Source: Herbinix sp. (lineage in GTDB: Bacteria > Bacillota > Clostridia > Lachnospirales > Lachnospiraceae). From it: a stretch of 64,000 nt of DNA. The first letter of the stretch is position 1; each line of letters starts with the position of its first letter. The translations under genes were made by a program, and so were the position numbers. The stretch spans positions 12,342-76,341 of the forward strand of contig JAQZBN010000010.1 in the NCBI GenBank assembly GCA_029238935.1, read 5' to 3'. Shown piece after piece: positions 58,765 through 64,000 of this stretch. The notes under the pieces are model-generated. The model saw only the letters and a list, made by a program, of their open reading frames with translations. It ran no database searches and was not told the DNA's origin.

Positions 58765-60441
58765 CTACCGATATTGATACATAAACCGTTCCATATAATA
58801 CAGAAATACCTGATTATAATAGCCAGCAAAGTAAAGATCACTGCCATGCCCTCCAAATGGCATCGAGATCAAAGCACATGCTGAATTTCCATTCGTTAAG
58901 TATTCATCACGAAATTCCTTCGATATCAAAGGATCTACAACCCCATCGTGGCTCCCTTGGTAGATCAAACATGGAGGACTATCTTTCGTTACCAGAAGCG
59001 ACGGATCCACAAATTCATTCCTACCCTCAATGCCAAGTATTCTAGACATTCCATTGGAGGGGTAAAAGGGGATCAGTCCTTTTACTGTTACCCGTGGATT
59101 TAGTATATCACTATATTTACCACTACCAAAAGCAAGACCGGAAGCTAAGCTCAGATGCCCACCCGCAGAACCACCGGATAGGAATACAGAGTCAAGATTC
59201 GCATGATATTCTTTCTGGTGGTCAACCAAATAATCCGTAAATAATCCGATATGTCTTACCATGTCATCAATGGTAAAACTTCCTTGTCTAGTGGTATCCA
59301 CCGGAACAAAATCGATTAATTTATCCAGATTATTCAAACCATATTGAATATCAAATACAATATAGCCCTGTTTCGCAAAGTATTTATTCATCTGTGCAAA
59401 ATTCAACGCTCCTTTATCTCCTATGGTCCATCCACCACCATGGATTCTTATCAATACTGAATTGCCACCAGGTAACTCACTGGCATCTCTGGTCGGTACA
59501 TAAGCATCAAAATATAGTTTTATCCCCTTGTCAACTCCTGACTTACCCTCATAATAAAGAATATTCTCTTGAACCATATAATCACCTGACGATATTCCGT
59601 AAAAGTATTGAGGCAGGGAAAACGGTACCTGGCGAAATTCATTCGTAGTATACAACGGATTTGATAAGAAATCTGTTCCAAAGGCTTCTGTATAAGTATT
59701 CTTAGCATTTTTAAGTAGGAGCGGTATTGACACCAAGGGGAGCATACTTACCATAAAAATACCCATTGAAACGGTTAATACTATGGACCGAAATACAAAA
59801 AGTTTCTCGGTTCCTAGATATTTACGTATGAAAGTTCCGAGACTTAAAAAGCTAAGTCCATAAAACAAGGAATATTCCGGAACAAATACCTCTGAAAATC
59901 CTTCCTTGTTTTCTCTTAGCAGATCTAAAACTATAAAGATACCACAGAATAAACACCCGGTTAGTAGTGCCATAATTGTACGAATTGCATATCTTCGTAT
60001 TCCACGTAACTTTTCGGGAATAGGTGATGCAATTGGTTTACCTTCCTCTTTTTCTTTTCCAAATATATTATTTGCAGCTATATTCCCTCCGATTAGGAAC
60101 AATGACAAAATAAAAACAACCGAAAAATTACTTTGCGATTTCTGATTGGTTGGAATTGATGAGACTACAGTATTAATTAGTGGTAGCAATAGCATCCATA
60201 AAGAGGTTAATACCAAATATAAATATGCTATTTTTTTGTTTTTTTCTTCCATGAAGGCTAACGCTATATTACCAATAAATGCAGTAAGCATCAAATAACC
60301 ATAAATATTCCAAAAGTTATTGTCTTTTCCGAAGAATAAGTAAAGTATTCCAAACAAAAAACATATAACATTAATAGCCAGCATGATTACATCAAACAAT
60401 TTACCTTTTTTTATTTCGTGTTTATTTAAGATTGCTACCAT
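58765..60441 (-). CDS. Membrane-anchored alpha/beta hydrolase (HSL-like esterase)
   Basis: About 7 N-terminal TM helices; HGGGW oxyanion motif, GGSAGG nucleophile, D (HDGVV) and H (GGHG). Confidence 0.85.
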   Translation of the reverse strand: MVAILNKHEIKKGKLFDVIMLAINVICFLFGILYLFFGKDNNFWNIYGYLMLTAFIGNIALAFMEEKNKKIAYLYLVLTSLWMLLLPLINTVVSSIPTNQKSQSNFSVVFILSLFLIGGNIAANNIFGKEKEEGKPIASPIPEKLRGIRRYAIRTIMALLTGCLFCGIFIVLDLLRENKEGFSEVFVPEYSLFYGLSFLSLGTFIRKYLGTEKLFVFRSIVLTVSMGIFMVSMLPLVSIPLLLKNAKNTYTEAFGTDFLSNPLYTTNEFRQVPFSLPQYFYGISSGDYMVQENILYYEGKSGVDKGIKLYFDAYVPTRDASELPGGNSVLIRIHGGGWTIGDKGALNFAQMNKYFAKQGYIVFDIQYGLNNLDKLIDFVPVDTTRQGSFTIDDMVRHIGLFTDYLVDHQKEYHANLDSVFLSGGSAGGHLSLASGLAFGSGKYSDILNPRVTVKGLIPFYPSNGMSRILGIEGRNEFVDPSLLVTKDSPPCLIYQGSHDGVVDPLISKEFRDEYLTNGNSACALISMPFGGHGSDLYFAGYYNQVFLYYMERFMYQYR

Positions 60442-60729
60442 ATTTGATCATCTCCTATTTGACATGCATTACTTGTTGCATATCTATCTATATAAATATA
60501 TTTCTGATCCATGCTGATATTCTAATCTAAGTAACTCTAAACTGAATTATTTCTAATTTTATTCTTATACATTATTCTCTTATGGAATTACTTCATTGCA
60601 ATGTATTTGAAGTAATTACAGTATTTGAATGCCATATGTCATCAATAGATGATAAAACTATTCGATCTTGAGAGATATCAATGTTACACATATGACATAT
60701 ATTATTATAACTATTCTTTTGAGGTCTTA

Positions 60730-61365
60730 ATGATGATAGGAACCATCGATTCTCACTCTATGAACACAATGACATTAACAGGACAAGGGCAAGTAACAGT
60801 TGCTCCCGATATTGCCGTAATACAATTGGGAGTACAATTGACCGGTGAAAATCTTACCCAAATACAGTCTGAAAATGCTAGAATTGTTCAAAACATTCTT
60901 CTAGCGCTACACCGTATTGGAGTAAGTGAAATTAAAACATCACAGTATACGGTTGATAAATATTATGAATACGTAGAAGGAAACCGTATTGATCGTGGAT
61001 ACATTGTTCGCAACATACTAGAAATCCGAACATCTAATATGGATCAGATTGGTATGATTATTGACACTGCTGTTGAACAGGGAGCTAATGCAGTTGAGTT
61101 TATCTCCTTTGAAGTATCAAATACTGATTTTTATTACCAGCAGGCTCTCAATTTAGCGATTTTAAATGCTATCTCCAAAGCAAAATCCATCTCTATAACA
61201 CTAGACTTGGCACTGGACCCCATTCCTAAAAAGATTACTGAAAATACTACTACGCCAATTCCTTTCTCACGGATGTATACTGCAAGGGAAGGTGCTTTTA
61301 CTACACCCATTGAGCCTGGTGAAAAACGAATTGAGGCCTCTATTACAGCAGAGTTTATGTATTAA
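60730..61365 (+). CDS. SIMPL domain (DUF541) protein
   Basis: TLTGQG.V...PDIA, G.IID.AV..GAN and PIEPG motifs; start moved behind GAGG. Confidence 0.85.
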   Translation: MMIGTIDSHSMNTMTLTGQGQVTVAPDIAVIQLGVQLTGENLTQIQSENARIVQNILLALHRIGVSEIKTSQYTVDKYYEYVEGNRIDRGYIVRNILEIRTSNMDQIGMIIDTAVEQGANAVEFISFEVSNTDFYYQQALNLAILNAISKAKSISITLDLALDPIPKKITENTTTPIPFSRMYTAREGAFTTPIEPGEKRIEASITAEFMY

Positions 61366-61427
61366 ATAATTATATATCGCTTTTATCTTTGTGTTATTGC
61401 AGCTTAGTAATTCATAATCAAACAGAA

Positions 61428-61467
61428 AGGGCAAATCATGTTATAGTTCTTTTGCATGATTTGCCCT
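61428..61467. terminator. Bidirectional terminator
   Basis: AGGGCAAATCATG...CATGATTTGCCCT. Confidence 0.72.
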
Positions 61468-61477
61468 AAAATTCAAC

Positions 61478-62827
61478 TTATTTTTTTCTTTCTTGTTCCA
61501 CTGCTGCATGAGCCAAGAGATTTAAATAATTCCATGGCCGATCAAAATGTGGTTGAAAAAAGAAATCTACATAAGCCAGTTCTTCGATTGTCATCTTATT
61601 TTGAATCGCAAGGGATAGGGTATTGGCAGATTGTGTCACGTCATACTTTGACATTACCTGACCACCGACAATTCGTCCGGTCCCCTCTTCATAAACCAAT
61701 TGCATCAATATTTCTTCGTTGGTAGGCATAAATTCCGGACGATACATATCTTTCATGATAACAGATTTGACCTGTAAACCAAAGAATGCAGCACTTCCTA
61801 CCGTTACACCGGTAGAACCAATATTATAACCAAAAAGATGAAGTCCCGAAGTGGATTGTGTACCAATGTACTTTACTTTCGGTTCTTTGATATTCTTACC
61901 GATTAACATACCCATTCGTACTGCATTGGTTGCCAAAGGAATGTATGCATGACCTCCATTCGGATTATAGCGTACAGCACAACTATCACCGGCTGCATAT
62001 ACATCGGGGTTACTTGTTCTCATATATTCATCAACAATGATTGCACCATTAGAGAGCATCTCCACTTTCCCCTGCAATAGTTCATTATTCGGTTTAAATC
62101 CCACACAAAGGATGACTAAATCCGCTTTATATTCTCCTTCAGCAGTTACAACGGAGCTAACTTCCCCATTTTCATTTGTCTGAAAACTCTTAACCGCTTG
62201 ATTGAGCGCAAGAGTAATCCCCCTTTTTCTAAGGTCATCCTCTAAAATATTTGTAAATTCCTTATCCAAATATTTATTTAGTATACGATCCAAGCCATCA
62301 ATTAAAGTAACATCCTTACCGGAGGCTTGAAATGCTTCTACCAGCTCTATTCCTATATAACCTCCCCCAACAATTACTACTCTAGAAACATCCTTGGTTT
62401 TACGGATGATTTCATTCGCTTGTTCATAATTCTTACACAACAGAATATTCTTACTATCAATACCCGGGATTGGGGGAACGATCGGCCACGACCCTGTTGT
62501 ATTTACTAACTTATCAAAAGTTTCTTCAAATTCTACTCCTGTAGTCAAATCCTCTGCCACGACCTTTTTTGCTTCCAGATCAATACTTTTTACATTATGC
62601 TTTATTTTAACTATAGCACCAAGACTCTTTAATTCGTCAGGATTTGAATAGAACAGACCTGCAGGATCTTTTACTACACCACCGACATATAATGCAATAC
62701 CGCAGGATAAGAAAGAGATATTGTCATTTCGTTCAAATACGGTAATTTCTGTACCCGGATATTCTTTTAATATTGTTTTTACTGCAGAAGTACCAGCATG
62801 GGTACATCCTATAACAACTACTTTCAT
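61478..62827 (-). CDS. nox: H2O-forming NADH oxidase
   Basis: GCTHAG, redox Cys in SFLSCG, GGGYIG, YAAGD and DFFFQPHFDRPWNYLN motifs. Confidence 0.92.
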   Translation of the reverse strand: MKVVVIGCTHAGTSAVKTILKEYPGTEITVFERNDNISFLSCGIALYVGGVVKDPAGLFYSNPDELKSLGAIVKIKHNVKSIDLEAKKVVAEDLTTGVEFEETFDKLVNTTGSWPIVPPIPGIDSKNILLCKNYEQANEIIRKTKDVSRVVIVGGGYIGIELVEAFQASGKDVTLIDGLDRILNKYLDKEFTNILEDDLRKRGITLALNQAVKSFQTNENGEVSSVVTAEGEYKADLVILCVGFKPNNELLQGKVEMLSNGAIIVDEYMRTSNPDVYAAGDSCAVRYNPNGGHAYIPLATNAVRMGMLIGKNIKEPKVKYIGTQSTSGLHLFGYNIGSTGVTVGSAAFFGLQVKSVIMKDMYRPEFMPTNEEILMQLVYEEGTGRIVGGQVMSKYDVTQSANTLSLAIQNKMTIEELAYVDFFFQPHFDRPWNYLNLLAHAAVEQERKK

Positions 62828-62976
62828 ATAACACCTCCTAAATATTTATGAACACAAGATCCTAAATAAGTAAAAATATAATCAGTAATAGTAATTCTTA
62901 CTATTATTACACTCATTATATCATTATATGTAATTTATGAAAAGATATTTGTTATAGAATTGGATAATTTTGTTCA

Positions 62977-63813
62977 TCAAATTTTCTCCAAGAACATCCA
63001 CCAATTCTGATCAAAACCATCGTAATAAACTTCTTTGATCTCAGGGATTTCTTTCACCCATTCTCTGACAATCGGAATCAAAAATTCAAATAGATATGGA
63101 GGATACCCCCAATCCAAATCCAGCTGGAACATATAATGATTCATAACCATCATCCCACCTTTTTTTAATACCTTTTGCATAGAATTTAGAAGACTAAGAA
63201 AAGGAATCTTAACTCTCGCTTCTAAATTATTATCAATAGTAACTTTTTGCAATATCTCAATCATCCTCGGTAATGTTTCCATCCAGTCAGAGTAAATCGT
63301 ATCAATACCTTCCTGGTCACAAAGAATTGCTTGCAAAACGTCATTCACTGCGTGTTGAAATGCGATCATATCCACTGATTCTATTCCAAGATATTGATCA
63401 ATGCTTATTGCATCATCTTCAATAATTTGCACTGCGATAGGTAAATCTTTCGTTTTATGAATTAAACTTTTACTAAGTAGCTTGTTCATATTTGCAGTGA
63501 TATACTTTCCATTTTCATAGGTACGTGCCATGGCTTGAACGATCATATCAGCATCTCCCGATGCAATTTCAAGCAGAGTTAAATCATTCTCCGGATGCAG
63601 GATTTCCATTATTTGAGACCACCTGGCACGAAAATAAACCTCGTTTACCACAGTAAAGTTAGCAATCGGTTTTTCTAATAAATCTTTTAATTGGCTACTG
63701 ATTGTTTCCGGGTTTATAGACAGATACTCTTTTAACTCCATGTCATTTAAAAACTTGTGTGCCAGATCAGAAAATCTGGGATTCCATTTTTCATATTGAT
63801 CCAGTTGTTTCAT
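62977..63813 (-). CDS. Hypothetical protein, class I SAM-dependent methyltransferase-like
   Basis: LLEIASGDAD (motif I-like), IEDDA, SVDMI and VLKKGG; GAAGGGA RBS. Confidence 0.6.
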   Translation of the reverse strand: MKQLDQYEKWNPRFSDLAHKFLNDMELKEYLSINPETISSQLKDLLEKPIANFTVVNEVYFRARWSQIMEILHPENDLTLLEIASGDADMIVQAMARTYENGKYITANMNKLLSKSLIHKTKDLPIAVQIIEDDAISIDQYLGIESVDMIAFQHAVNDVLQAILCDQEGIDTIYSDWMETLPRMIEILQKVTIDNNLEARVKIPFLSLLNSMQKVLKKGGMMVMNHYMFQLDLDWGYPPYLFEFLIPIVREWVKEIPEIKEVYYDGFDQNWWMFLEKI

Positions 63814-64000
63814 AAGTACTTCCCTTCTTTCTTTTTTACTTTCTTCTTTTTTATTTTTTCTTTTATCATTTATTCATTATTTTATTTTTCTAATTAAGTT
63901 TAAGGTCTGTTAATATCTGTAAATCTGTTCAATTTGAAAACATTATATGGCATGGCTATTCCACCGTCAATTCACTAAATAATTTTACAAAAAATAAAAA

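Noticed and set aside
10239-60729. N-terminal extensions given by the ORF track (10295, 13137, 15959, 17579, 20352, 21596, 23430, 27336, 54884, 60649)
   Set aside because: Downstream ATGs have properly spaced RBSs, and several extensions run through promoter or operator sequences.
3154-62509. The many 60-160 aa ORFs in the track that lie antisense to or in alternative frames of long genes (e.g. 26237-26668, 34274-34744, 38543-38896, 9958-10317)
   Set aside because: They lie within well-supported genes, lack RBSs and recognisable motifs, and fit shadow ORFs.

Overview
This is a low-GC chromosomal segment from a spore-forming Bacillota organism. Gene content, GGAGG-type RBSs, sigma-A promoters and one sigma-K-like promoter suggest a Clostridia/Lachnospiraceae-type organism (inference). 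I found no rRNA, tRNA, CRISPR array, integrase, transposase or prophage genes. The window holds about 45 mostly metabolic or accessory genes. They include an ArsR regulator with two ABC exporters, pepT, uvsE, a flavodoxin-ferredoxin with a non-canonical start, and a lysine-riboswitch-controlled amino-acid ABC importer. Next come a DUF6323/DUF6179-like pair, a CotA-like multicopper oxidase, a Fur-box-controlled feoA-feoA-feoB-fur-Cys-rich-peptide operon, cax, glnK with a frameshifted amtB, and a TetM-like GTPase with an atypical domain IV loop. The rest includes a TetR-controlled ABC transporter, aguAB, an N-glycan utilisation locus (LacI, ABC, GH130, GH38, GH3, GH20), an MCP and nox. The best candidate for an undescribed system is a tightly coupled operon at 36345-39902: a nucleosidase/phosphorylase-fold protein, an SPL-like radical SAM enzyme that apparently lacks the SPL H-donor Cys, an SDR and a divergent MraY. 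Other notable signals are two 63-bp REP-like palindromes with compensatory substitutions that flank the MCP gene, and an orphan convergent promoter opposite the DUF6323/DUF6179 leader. All family calls come from motif recognition by eye, not database searches.
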